From contig NW_015170904.1 in assembly GCF_001447785.1 (NCBI RefSeq), forward strand, positions 242,877 through 306,876: a DNA stretch of 64,000 nucleotides. Direction: 5' to 3'. This document shows, in pieces, positions 25,077-35,928 of the stretch. The DNA is from Gekko japonicus. Its lineage: Eukaryota. Within the stretch, counting starts at the first letter, position 1. Each line of letters opens with the position of its first letter. The position numbers were made by a program, and so were the translations under genes. The notes under the pieces are model-generated. The model worked only from the letters and a program-made list of their open reading frames with translations. It made no database searches and was not told the DNA's origin.

Positions 25077-25995
25077 CCATAGTGCTTCAGAGACAGCTCA
25101 TTAATGGAAGGAAATTCGCTGTATGAAACCCCTGTCCCTCTATCACTTTACTTGACATCAGGCCAACAATGAATAACATCCAGTTTAGAATGGTAATGTG
25201 AAAAGGGCTCAGAATGCTACTAGGATCACTTCAGTGGGGGTTCCTCTGAGGAAAGTATTCTTAGGATTATACCATTAATCTTGTGAAATAGCCCCAATGG
25301 TTCATATTCTTAATATCAACACTTAGTAAAAGTTATTGGGAGCCACTTAAATAATTCCAGAGAAAAAATCTTGACAAAAAACATGGAACTGGAAGAATGT
25401 TATTGAAGCTGTGCGGTAAGAACTATAGAAAGTAGAGAAGAGGCGCAATGAATGCTGTGAACATAATGAGACCCTGTGATGGCTGCTATGTTTTGGGGTT
25501 GTTTGTGGTGGAAAATGTCTTCCCTTTTAGAGTGTATTAAAATAATGTGACCTAGGTTTTATAGCAGTGGCTATGGGCCATGGCATGTCTGCATGTTGTC
25601 GTGAGAAGTGGTGTATTATGTCCAACTTTGACCAAAGCACAGAGGCAGGAGTACAAAAGAAGAAATGGATGTGTATTATTTCCTTGGTTTCCTTGAACTC
25701 TGGTGTTTAAAGCAGCTGTTGGTTGAATGGTACTGTAACAACGTAGCTTCTTGGGTTCTGCTGAGGGAAATGCCATTTCTTAGGGAAACACTGTTACAAG
25801 AGGCCTTATATATAACTTAACTAAATCCATTCAGAGTATGCGTGAATTCTGAAAGAGGGTGGTGGGTACAGCCACAAAATAGTAACCACAAACTGGCTTA
25901 CACAGGAAGTGGATACACAAAATATCAGGGAGTAAGGTGACTTGGATAATAGAACTTGTTTCAGCATTTCAGGCAGAAGCACTGTTTAACGGGCT

Positions 25996-26196
25996 CAGTG
26001 TTCCCTCTAAGCTGAGTTATTGTGCGCGTGCTCACAGTTTTTTAGCCTCTGGCTCGCACATTTTTGTCTTAGCTCAGGAAGGATGGCTGCAGAGCAAACT
26101 AATTTTTAGCCAAATCGCTCGCTCACAACTTTAATGCCAGGAGCTCACAAAGTAGAATTTTTGCTCACAAGACTCCACAGCTTAGAGGAAGCATTG
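25996..26196. mobile_element. hAT-type MITE
   Basis: TIRs CAGTGTTCCCTCTAAGCTG / CAGCTTAGAGGAAGCATTG; degenerate 8-bp TSD AACGGGCT / AACCGGAT. Confidence 0.8.
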
Positions 26197-26463
26197 AACC
26201 GGATGCCTTTTAAAATTAACACATCATCTTTTTTTTTTGGCACACGCACAAAGTATACATATTGAGCTAGCAAAGAACCCCTCACCTGGAAGTATCTGTC
26301 TTCATTTTGCAGGCATCTATAAACACTTATGCAAGAGAAAGTTGACTTATTTTTGGAAAGTGAATAAATTTTTTTTTTTTATTTATTTTTTTTAAACCAA
26401 TTTTAGTGAATAAAATTTGACGTAGTGATGTTATCAACTTCCACCTGTGACCTGAATTATAAA

Positions 26464-26809
26464 GGTAAAGGTTCCCTTGCTCGAAAGCCAGTCGAATCTG
26501 ACTCTAGGGCTGCGGTGCTCATCTCCGTTTCAAAGCCGAAGAGCCAGCGCTGTCCGAAGACGTTTCCGTGGTCATGTGGCCGGCATGACTAAACACCAAC
26601 GCGCACGGAACGCTGTTACCTTCCCACCGAAGTGGTACCTATTTATCTACTTGCAATTTCTTGCTTTCGAACTGCTAGGTTGGCGGGAGCTGGAACTAGA
26701 GATGGGAGCTCACTCCATCATGCGGCACCCGGGTCTCGAACTCCTGAACTCCTGAACTTCCACAGCCTGCAGTTGAGCGTCTTAACCACTTGAGCCACTG
26801 CAGCTCCTC
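26464..26809 (-). mobile_element. Sauria SINE, near full length
   Basis: (ACCTTT)n tail seen as AAAGGTAAAGG on +; body GTGGTCATGTGGCCGGCATGACT...GGAACGCTGTTACCTTCCCACC; tRNA-like head; 14-bp TSD ACCTGAATTATAAA (26450-26463, 26810-26823). Confidence 0.92.
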
Positions 26810-28105
26810 ACCTGAATTATAAAATACATTAAAAATGGGGATATCTGATGATGTCAATAGAAGTCTCAGTGAGGTGCGTTATGCATTGTAGCAGTGCAGC
26901 CCAATTGTGTTTGGTCAGAATCAAATCCCACTGTGTTTTTAGAATATTGCTCCTCTATTTGCATGGACAAATTACTTTACATAAAGCCACTGCCTGCACT
27001 ATACTGTAAACATCAAAAACTCAAAAAGCCCCACCTGGCCCATCCCACTTGCCAAAAATATTCACATTGTGTTGGGAAAGGTGCCCACAGTCTCCATGGT
27101 AGCTTAGAGCCACGTCCAACGCTGACTGACACTTTCAGTTAATTCTGTATGACAGAACCAATTGTAAGATTTGATCAAATAAGTCATACGTTTCAGTCAC
27201 AATACCAGGGTAAACAGTCTACTTCTCCTTGAAGATGGAGTCCCTCCCAATGAGATCACTTTTTTTTTTAGCAGTCTTAAACAATTAGCCGTTCTGCTTT
27301 CACTGCAGACCCACTGTTCCCCTCAGTGGTCAAACCCTTTCTTTCCCTGAAGAGCAACTATTGGAGTTGACAGTTATCTTCCAGTCCCGTCCCCCTTCAC
27401 ACTCTGCTCAGTATTCTAACATTAAGTTCCTCCTGATTGGCTGTTACTAAGGCACTGCACATTCAAAGTTTGATGACCGGGGGGGGGGGGGTTGGTACAT
27501 GTCTCAAAGGACAGCCACCTTTCTGTCACACTCAGCCTGGCCAATGGCATGGAAGGCCCATATAAATCATTGTAACCTTCCCAAAGACACAGCAGGAAAG
27601 AAGTACAAGTAATATATACAATATATATAAATGATACATCTCTGTAGGTATCCCAGTAAACATTTGTCTGTTTGTCCTTTTCCTTTTTTTTATAAACAAT
27701 GTGTAAAACATGTTTATACAAGCTGAAATCATCCAAGTTCTTTTTCACTATCACTCTATAGTCTATAAAAGTATTTAAGTCCACACATTCAGTTATCATC
27801 AATATTTGCATCTAGGTGAATACACATTGTGCTGCAATACTTATAATAAATAGGAGTTAAAAGAAACAGAGATAGGAGTGATAAAATGAAATGGCAGTAA
27901 TAGTGGAAAAGCTCACTATACCATCACTCTGTTTGGAATCTTGATAGAAATCTTTTATCACTTCAGGATTTAGCTGCCTATCAGTATAACATGTAAAAAA
28001 TCAGAAGAAGTGATGGGCTTTTAATTGCCATTTGACTCTCATACCTTTTATGTGCAAAGTACAGGTCCTGTGAGATAAAACTCAGTCAAATACTGCTTAA
28101 GTACC

Positions 28106-28220
28106 ATTTATTTATTTATTTATTTATTTAGATATTTTTACCCCGCCCTCCCCGCAAGCGGGCTCAGGGCGGCTTACAGGGGGCATACAGGGGGCTCAGG
28201 GTGGCTTACAGGGGGCATAA
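28106..28220 (-). mobile_element. Short LINE/SINE 3'-end remnant with (TAAA)n tail and local duplication
   Basis: ATTTATTTATTT...ACCCCGCCCTCC...GGGCTCAGGGCGGCTTACA, with GGGCTCAGGG(C/T)GGCTTACAGGGGGCATA repeated. Confidence 0.55.
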
Positions 28221-30788
28221 GCCCATGTAACTTGGTCCAGCCTGGTGGCTTGCACCATGGATCTGGGTCGGACTTTTCCTGGGGAGAGGCTGCTTGGGGG
28301 AGCAAGGGGGGGGGGAAAGGTGAAGACAGAGTTTTAGATAGGTTATCCAGCCATATCCCACTCTGCTAATGCTTTCTTATGCTTTAGTGTAATCAAGACA
28401 CATAATTCCAGATGGAGCTATGAAAGCAGGAGCAGGATTGATTTGTGGGGTATAAGTTCAGCCCGAGTGGCACTCCAGAATTCATCCTTTTAGGGTTTTT
28501 TTCTACATAAGAGAAATTATTACACTGCAAAAAAGTGTTAAGTAGCATTTCTTAAACACAACCATCACCACCCTCTAATTAGGTCATACAAAGTACTGGG
28601 GCACAGAACAGGAATAGATTTCTCACAGTGTTGCCAGACACCTAAGAATTCTCACACATGCGTTAGGATCGTCTGCATAAGGTATAAAGCCATTTGCATT
28701 ATTGCATGCAAATATAAGAGAATTCAGGTTTGTTCAAAGCAGTATTAACTTGGGCAGCGCAGTAGCCATTCTTAGTGTAGTCACTGTGGGAAGGAGAATA
28801 TGATGGAGGAAAGCCCCCCCCCCACTGCAATCACAAAGGAGAGTTCAGATTCCCTGTTCCCATAACAGCACTTTGTGTAGCACAGTAGGGAAGGATTAAA
28901 GAAAATGAGAATTTTGAGACTTTGAGATTAGGGTTCTGAGTTTCTAGCGATACTGATTCTTCAAGTGTTTTTTTTTCCCATTGAAACAATAAAAAGTAGT
29001 TACTGATTGGGACAATCCACAAATATTTTAGGAAGAGAATAGGAAGCCAGTTATTTGAGTCTAAAGATAATTGTGTGTCTAAAGATCATCAGTGTTTTTG
29101 TATTTTCAGGAGTTTTGCATTTGGCTTCTGTGACTAAAACAAAAAGTGTATGTGTGTCTGTGTTCTTGTCCAGCCTTTGTTTACAATGTAAACACATGTG
29201 TTGTTGCTTAATAACCCACCCCTGCTGAAGACTGCTTCAGGCCAAACAGTCAATGCAGTGAAGATGTGTAATAAATCTGCTCCTTTAGCTCCTCTGTTAT
29301 GTTCATTTTAATGATATGATCAAAGGCACAATCCAAAGAATAAAGGCTGTGGACACGTAAGAGGACTGTGGGGACACAGTACTTCAAGCATTGCGTCCAG
29401 CTCCCAGATATAGTGAGAACATGGATATTCAGTTCCGACACGTTGTTATAACTGTAGTAGCCACATAACTATGTTAGCAGGTCTTTGGGCCTTTGTTCTT
29501 CCCACCCTGGAACAAAGGCAGTCCCCTATCCCTGACGGTTACAGCCAGAGACAGTTTGAGATTTCCTGATTTGGTTGCAAAAGAGTCTTTTCCAGGGAGG
29601 TACAGAAAATCTTCATTAAAGTTAAAATACTAGCATTTAAAGCGAATGCATTGTCAAAGTCTGCCGCTAGGAGGAAACTCAAAGACCCAGGTCTGCACAG
29701 CAGTTTTCTGGGTACTGCATTCATGTACTGCTTGGTTCCATGTAGCCATTGCATGGACTTCCCAAACCCCTCTCAACCCTCCAAAGATGGCATCTAGTGC
29801 TATAATGAGCTCTAGAAAGATCAGTGGAACGTTTGCCACTGGGAGAGGCTTTTCCCGCCGTCTCATAGGTTACAATTAGTGTGGTGCTGAAAAAATGTTG
29901 TTTTTCATTGGTATTGCCTGACTTTTTCAATGTCATTTATTGAAGGATTCTGTTTTGAAACTGTAACAATAACATACAGAAATAAGAAACAATTTACAAA
30001 ATTGTTAAATTAAGGAAAGCAAATAAACTATGTGGGTGTTAAAAATTATATGGAAGGAAAGATGCTCCTAAAACTAAATTATGTCCTTCTTGTTAGCTAT
30101 TGATCTCTGTGAACAATGCGGAAGGTCTGGATTGTAGTGAACTTGATTAAGCCAAGGTATTATTTAGGGACTGGAAAACTGAAAAAGTTAGCTATTATTT
30201 GAAGCTGAAAAAATATACAGCAGAGTTTAAACATTAGGGATCAAGTTATTAAATTAATCATATCACTTTTTCTGTGTATTTTATGACATATCACCTGAAA
30301 CATAAGCACATCAAACTGTAATTGTTTACCTATTTATACAACTAATTATATCTGGAATAGTAATAAAATTTTAAAGTTTAAAAAACCCCCAGAAAAGGTG
30401 TTTGTAGGACTAAAGGAAATTTGTATGTTAAGTAGGTTAACATTTACACATACAATTTTACATTCATATTTAAAATGTCTATCCAATTAGCAAAAATACT
30501 CATTTTAATATGATGCATGCTACCTGGAGCAATGGAGATAATTTTAGATGTTCTTCAGTGTAACTATATTTGGCCTGGAAACTATAATGCACTTTCTTGT
30601 TGTTTGAAAAGATGCCAGTATTCATATATAAGGTTATACTGATTTCCACCAATTACTCTGTCAGGACTCGGGGACCCTGCTACCAAAAGATGCTGGTACT
30701 CGATACTGGAGTGCTACCACAAAGGAACTCCTGGAAATTACTTTAGAGTCATAGGCAAAATAAAGTTTACAACAAACATTGAGGAAAG

Positions 30789-31180
30789 CAGGGCTATTTT
30801 TGGGCAGGAACGCACAGGAACGGAGTTCCGGCTGACTCCTGAGTTGGCCACACCCAGCAGGAACTCATTAGCATAATAGGCCACACCCAACAGCACAAAC
30901 TCATTAGAATTGGCTACATTAGGGGTGTGTGGCCTAACATGCAAAGGAGTTCCTGCTACAAAAAAAACTCTGGGTTTTGACAACAAGGTAAACAGAATAA
31001 GAAGCAAAAGGTGGGTGTGGCTGGATGACCACACTTCTGGTAACATGGGGGTGTGGCCAAATATGCTAATGGACTGTGCTGTCAAGGGTGTGACCTAATA
31101 TGCTAATGAGTGTCTGCTGTTGGGTGTGGCCTATTATGCTAATGAGTTCCTCCTGGGCTTTTTCTACAAAAAAAGCCCTG
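30789..31180. mobile_element. hAT-type MITE with repeated GGGTGTGGCC..ATGCTAATGAG subterminal motifs
   Basis: TIRs CAGGGCTATTTTTG / CAAAAAAAGCCCTG; perfect 8-bp TSD GAGGAAAG (30781-30788, 31181-31188). Confidence 0.92.
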
Positions 31181-31228
31181 GAGGAAAGCATTGATGTTAA
31201 GGCAAACATTATTTTGATACCCTTTAAA

Positions 31229-31435
31229 TAGGGTTGCCAACCTCCAGGTGGGGTTTGGAGTTCTTCCTAAATTACAGCTGCTGTCCAGACTACAGAGATC
31301 ATTTCCCCTGGAGAAAATTGCTGCTTTGGAGGGTGGACTCTATGGCATTAATACTTTACTGGGGTACTCCCCTCCCCTCCCCAAGCTCCACCCCCAAATT
31401 GCCAAGAATTTCCCATTCTGGAGTTGGGAACCCTA
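31229..31435. mobile_element. Short TAGGGTTGCC-terminated MITE
   Basis: TAGGGTTGCCAAC ... GTTGGGAACCCTA; internal ATCA(G/T)TTCCCCTGGAGAAAAT motif shared with many copies in the window. Confidence 0.75.
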
Positions 31436-32330
31436 TTTGAAAAGTGATCTAAAGGATTAAAAGTATGTGAACTTATCACCCAGACTAGTTTCTTATCCTG
31501 CGGTGTTAAAATTAGTGGGGGGTTGAGCTTGAACTTTCATTGTGAAATACTTTGGGAGGAAGTTGTTATAGTCCTACTTCCAGCTCTTGCTACTTCCTAG
31601 GAAGGCTAGGGTTAGAGTACCACTAAAGGTATTAATTGCTCTTTTGGGTTGCTTAGCTCTGCCTTGCTTAAATTGTAGCTTTGAATGTGGATAAAAGCAA
31701 CAGGGCAGGGACAAATATGACTGCAGTAACAGTAGGAAGAAAGAGGGATGGATTTGGAGGGCCAACTGTGTCTGTATCTTCAAATAAGTATTGTGGCATT
31801 GAATTTCTTCCAAGGTACTGAAGGCTACACAAAATACTCACTTGTTCAGTCTAGAGTTTGTAGAACTGGGGGGAAAGTATTATCATAATCATGATGCTTT
31901 AATAAATGTAAAGGAATCTAAATTTCCACTGAAGATTTCTTGGGTTTGATGTACGTGTTAGAAACAAAGGCAAACTCCCATGTCTTATTAATAAACATAT
32001 ATAAATTATCCTCTCCTATTGGGCTGAAGATTAGTCCTTATTCTGATATTGTCAAAAGCTAGAACAAAAGAGTAAAGAAAAGTTTCAAATGTGAAAAACG
32101 CAGGATGGCATGTTATGTACGTTTTAGATTGGGAAGCACATTGCTGAAACCCTGGAATACAAGGAGCTGCATAACCTCAGGGATTGGTGCTCTAATGTGG
32201 AGGCTTTCCTTTCTAGGTCAACAGTTACTGTCTTGTCCTCTTTGCCAGTAACTAAGAGTAATTTTTTAAAAATCTGATGCCTGCTTGATTGCCTTTTTGA
32301 TCACAACCCAGTTCTCAGATTATATTATTC

Positions 32331-33804
32331 CTAGGAATAAGGCCCGTGGGGGAAATAACTACAATGGGCTCTAGAAAGAGAACATAAAATAAGAACAGGA
32401 TATAAGCCAATATTGGATCAGGCCAATGGCCCATCCAGTCCAACACTCTCTCACACAGTGGTCAAAAATACCAGGTGCCATCAGGAGGTCCACCAGCGGG
32501 GCCAGGACACTAGAAGCCCTCCCACTGTTGCGCCCCCAAGGCTCTGGGTGGGTGCCCCGACCTTAGGCTCTCAGTGTTAATTTGAATTGGTGACCTCAGC
32601 AATGACACAGAGTCTACTGTTTCTCCAGGGGAACTGATCTCCGCCATCTGAATAACAGTTGTAATTTTGAGTGATCTCCAGCCCCCACCTGGGGATTGGC
32701 AACAATGGTTCTCCAGGAGGAAATGGCTGGTTTGGAGGGTGGAATTTATGGCATTGTACCTGTCTGCAATCGCACCCCTCCTCAAACTCTCTCCAGGCTC
32801 CACCCCTCAAATCTCCAAGAGTTTTCCAACCTGGAGTTGGTAACCCTATCTCCTTCCCAGCCAACCATCAACGTACTGTTATCTGCCCCCCTGACTTCAG
32901 GTTTCTATCTCCTCCCCCCTCCCTGCAGCTTCTATCTAGGAAAAGTACAATCTTTCTCTGCAGTGGGGACCAGAACAGCTCTCATCATTCTCCTCTCCCC
33001 CTTTTGATCTGCACAATAACCCTGTGAGGTAGGTTAGGCTGAAAGTCTGTGAGTGGTCTCAAATCACCCAATCAGCTTCCACAGGAAAAACCTGGGTCTG
33101 GCAGACCCTGACATGAAGCGCTAACTGCTATGTCACACTCGCTGTCATGGGGGGCCACCTCAGCAGGGTATAATGACACAGAGTCCACCATTTTCTCCAG
33201 GGGAACTGATCTCTGCCATCTGGAGAGCAGTTGTAATTCTGAGTGATCTCCAGGTCTCACCTGGAGCTTGGCAACATTGGTTATCCAGGAGGAAAAGTTC
33301 AGTCTTTCTTCGCAGTGGGGACCAAAGCAACGCGCATCATTCTCCTCTCTCCCTTTTGATCTGCACAACAACCCTGTGAAGTAGGTTAGGCTGAAAGTCT
33401 GTGACTCGTCCGAAATCACCCACTCAGCTTCTATAACAAGAACCTGAGTTTGGCAGACCCTGCTCTGCAGCACTAACTGCTACGCCACACTGGCTGTCCT
33501 GGGGAGGCTGCTGCTGGTGAACAGGAACAAGCAGCCTGGCCTAGCTAAGTCATGCCAGTTAGGTGTCATCAAGTCACCCAGAGGGTGCTGCTAGGCCTAG
33601 GGTAGCCAACCTCCAGGGGGATGCAAACCAAACACTTCCTCAAGCCCAGCACATCTAATGATTGCACAGACCCATTTTTAAATGTTTACTTTTCAAATCT
33701 ATCATAGGTGCTCCAAGTACTTGCTCGTACCAGAAACACTACCAAATCATGGGTGTGTGTGGAGCACTTTCTGGTTTTTTTCCCAAATAATCTTGTATAT
33801 TTGA
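32331..33804 (-). mobile_element. Non-autonomous Helitron-like element B
   Basis: Minus-strand 3' end GCCCATTGTAGTTATTTCCCCCACGGGCCTTATTCCTAG (CTAG at 32331-32334; the flank base is C rather than the expected A); candidate 5' end A|TCAAATATACAAGATT at 33804, 13/16 identical to the 5' end of element C. Confidence 0.75.
32381..32538 (-). mobile_element. CR1-type 3' fragment nested in element B
   Basis: Matches 17848-18000; absent at the homologous position of element C, where ...CTAGAAAGA|GGCTTTGGG... is contiguous. Confidence 0.8.
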
Positions 33805-33832
33805 TGATGTAGCTGTTACCTATTCTGTAGCC

Positions 33833-34275
33833 TAGGGTTGCCAGCTTCCAAGTGGGGGCTGGTGTTCTCCCAGAATTACAATTTAACTCAAGGCTACAAA
33901 CATCAGTTGCTTTGGAGAAAGTGACAGCTCCAGAGGGTGAACTCTATGGTTTCCTCTATGGTATAGTGATTAAGAATTGCAGACTCCAATCTGGAGAATC
34001 GGGCTTGATTCCCCACTCCTCCACATGAAGCCTCCTAGGTGACCTTGGGCTAGTCACAGTTCTCTCAGAACTCTCTCAGCCCCACCTACCTCATTAGGTG
34101 ACTGTTGTAAGGAGAGGCAGAGAAGGCAGTTGTAAGCCACTTTGAGACTCCTGAATGTAGAGAAAAGTGGGGTATAAAAATCTTTTCTTCTTCATCATCC
34201 CTTTTCCCAAAGTGTGCCATCTTAAACTCTGCCCCCAGTTTCCAGGAATTTTCCAACTTGGAATTGGCAAACCTG
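33833..34275. mobile_element. TAGGGTTGCC MITE interrupted by a Squam3-like SINE (~33956-34198, +)
   Basis: TAGGGTTGCCAGC left end, TTGGCAAACCTG right end; internal GGTATAGTGATTAAG...GTAAGCCACTTTGAG...GGTATAAAAATCTTTTCTTCTTC. Confidence 0.75.
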
Positions 34276-34491
34276 CTATATCTTCTTGCTGCTTCTCCAG
34301 CAACTGGAAGTGAGCCCCCACCCCCGCAGCAGCCATTTAAGGTCTAGGCAACACGTCCAGTACAAAGTGGGTGGTACAGAACTGACGGTAGTATAATTGT
34401 GACAGGTATGTAGGTGTGTGTGTGTGGGGGGGGGTTCTCATTATTCAATATTGTCCTGTGTGAAAAACATTTTGCAAATATAAAGTGAGTA

Positions 34492-34546
34492 ACGGCCAGT
34501 GGGTAAATACAATAAATTACTTGACTTGACTTGACTTGACTTGACT
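34492..34546 (+). repeat. (ACTTG)n pentamer after AATAAA; likely an extremely truncated LINE 3' end
   Basis: ACGGCCAGTGGGTAAATACAATAAATT(ACTTG)~6 flanked by TGAGTA at 34486-34491 and 34547-34552. Confidence 0.5.
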
Positions 34547-35711
34547 TGAGTACATCAGGGAGAAAAGTTCTAGTCCAGTCCTCTCCCTACAGTGACAATT
34601 TTTGACTTTGAGGGAAGTTTTACATAGGGAGAATCTGCATTCTGAAATAGTGCAGTCCACATTATTGCCTCATTTTCATGTAACTAGGCCTTACACAAAC
34701 TTCCCTGGGAGTAGGAGAGGGAATGATGTGGGCAAAACAAAACTTTGACTCTGTTCACTCCCTGTATTTATTCCACTCACAGTAGGGCACTTGAAGTACA
34801 AGATACATAAGCAGAACATGGAGCTTTTGGTTGTGTTTTTGTATTATATGAATTTGTTTGTTTGTGGTCTGAAGAGGATAAGGAGACTACCAAAACTTGA
34901 ACAAAGTATGTTTTTGCTGTTTTGGGAAGAGCCAAATAATCAGCACAAGAAAATGTCACTGAGCGAAAAATATTTATTGTCATTTTTGTCATCTCAGTTC
35001 TGTCAAAATATACAAAGTTGTGATGCCTTTGGAGAATAGTAGCCACTTCAAAAATTGCTGTAAGCCACCTTGGATGATGCAGTAGGGTCAGATGCAAATT
35101 ATTATTTTTTTGTAAACCTACTTTTTATGTTAAGACTATCAATCAAATTAGTGGGGGGGGGGGACTCCAAACGAGAAAGACTGTCCTAACAAAACTTCCT
35201 GTAGAGGAAGAAGTTTTGTTTATGTTGTGTTTTTGAAGTGCACCTCTAAAACATTTCAATCTTTATAAAGTATGGGGAATATTCTGTCAATTTTAGTTCT
35301 TGTGCTTCTTTAAACCATCTTACCTTTTGATGCGATATTACAGAGTTTATCTACACAATCTAATCTGAGATCAATTTGAAGCCATATGTGAGGAAAGATA
35401 AAGAGCAAAAGAATTTTTTTCCCCCTGGTAGGAGTATATAACAAATCAGTGAGGAGTTTTTGAATGTAATTTGCACAAAGAGCACCCTTAAAATTTAGGG
35501 TACCTACTAACTGTTTCTTCCACACATAGCAGATAAATTCCTTGAACCTGTAAAACCTCTGCATTGAAGAAACTATGTCACCATTTTATGACACTGGATT
35601 ATGTTGGTTTATACAAAAGATCCTGTCTTCTCAACAAGCTATTAAAAGTCCCATAAAGCTGGATGGAGAAAATATTGTATGTGTGACCTATATTCACCTA
35701 CCTATAGAAAG

Positions 35712-35928
35712 TCCTGACCTGGATGGTCCAAGCTAGCGTGATCTCAGAAACGAAGCTGAGTTGGCACTGTTTAGTATTTGGATGGGAGACCACCAAGGAA
35801 TTTCAGGATCACCGTGCAGAGTAAGGCAATGGCAAACTACCTCTGTTAGTCTCTTGCCTTAAAAACCCTTCAGGGTCACCATCATTTGGCTGCAACTTGA
35901 CAGCACTTTACACACACTCATACACACA
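35712..35928 (+). mobile_element. 5S rRNA-derived SINE, second older copy
   Basis: TTAGTATTTGGATGGGAGACC (5S box C region), GGCAATGGCAAAC.ACCTCTGTTAGTCTCTTGCCTT, (CA)-rich tail; possible TSD ACCT(A/G)TAGAAA. Confidence 0.8.
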
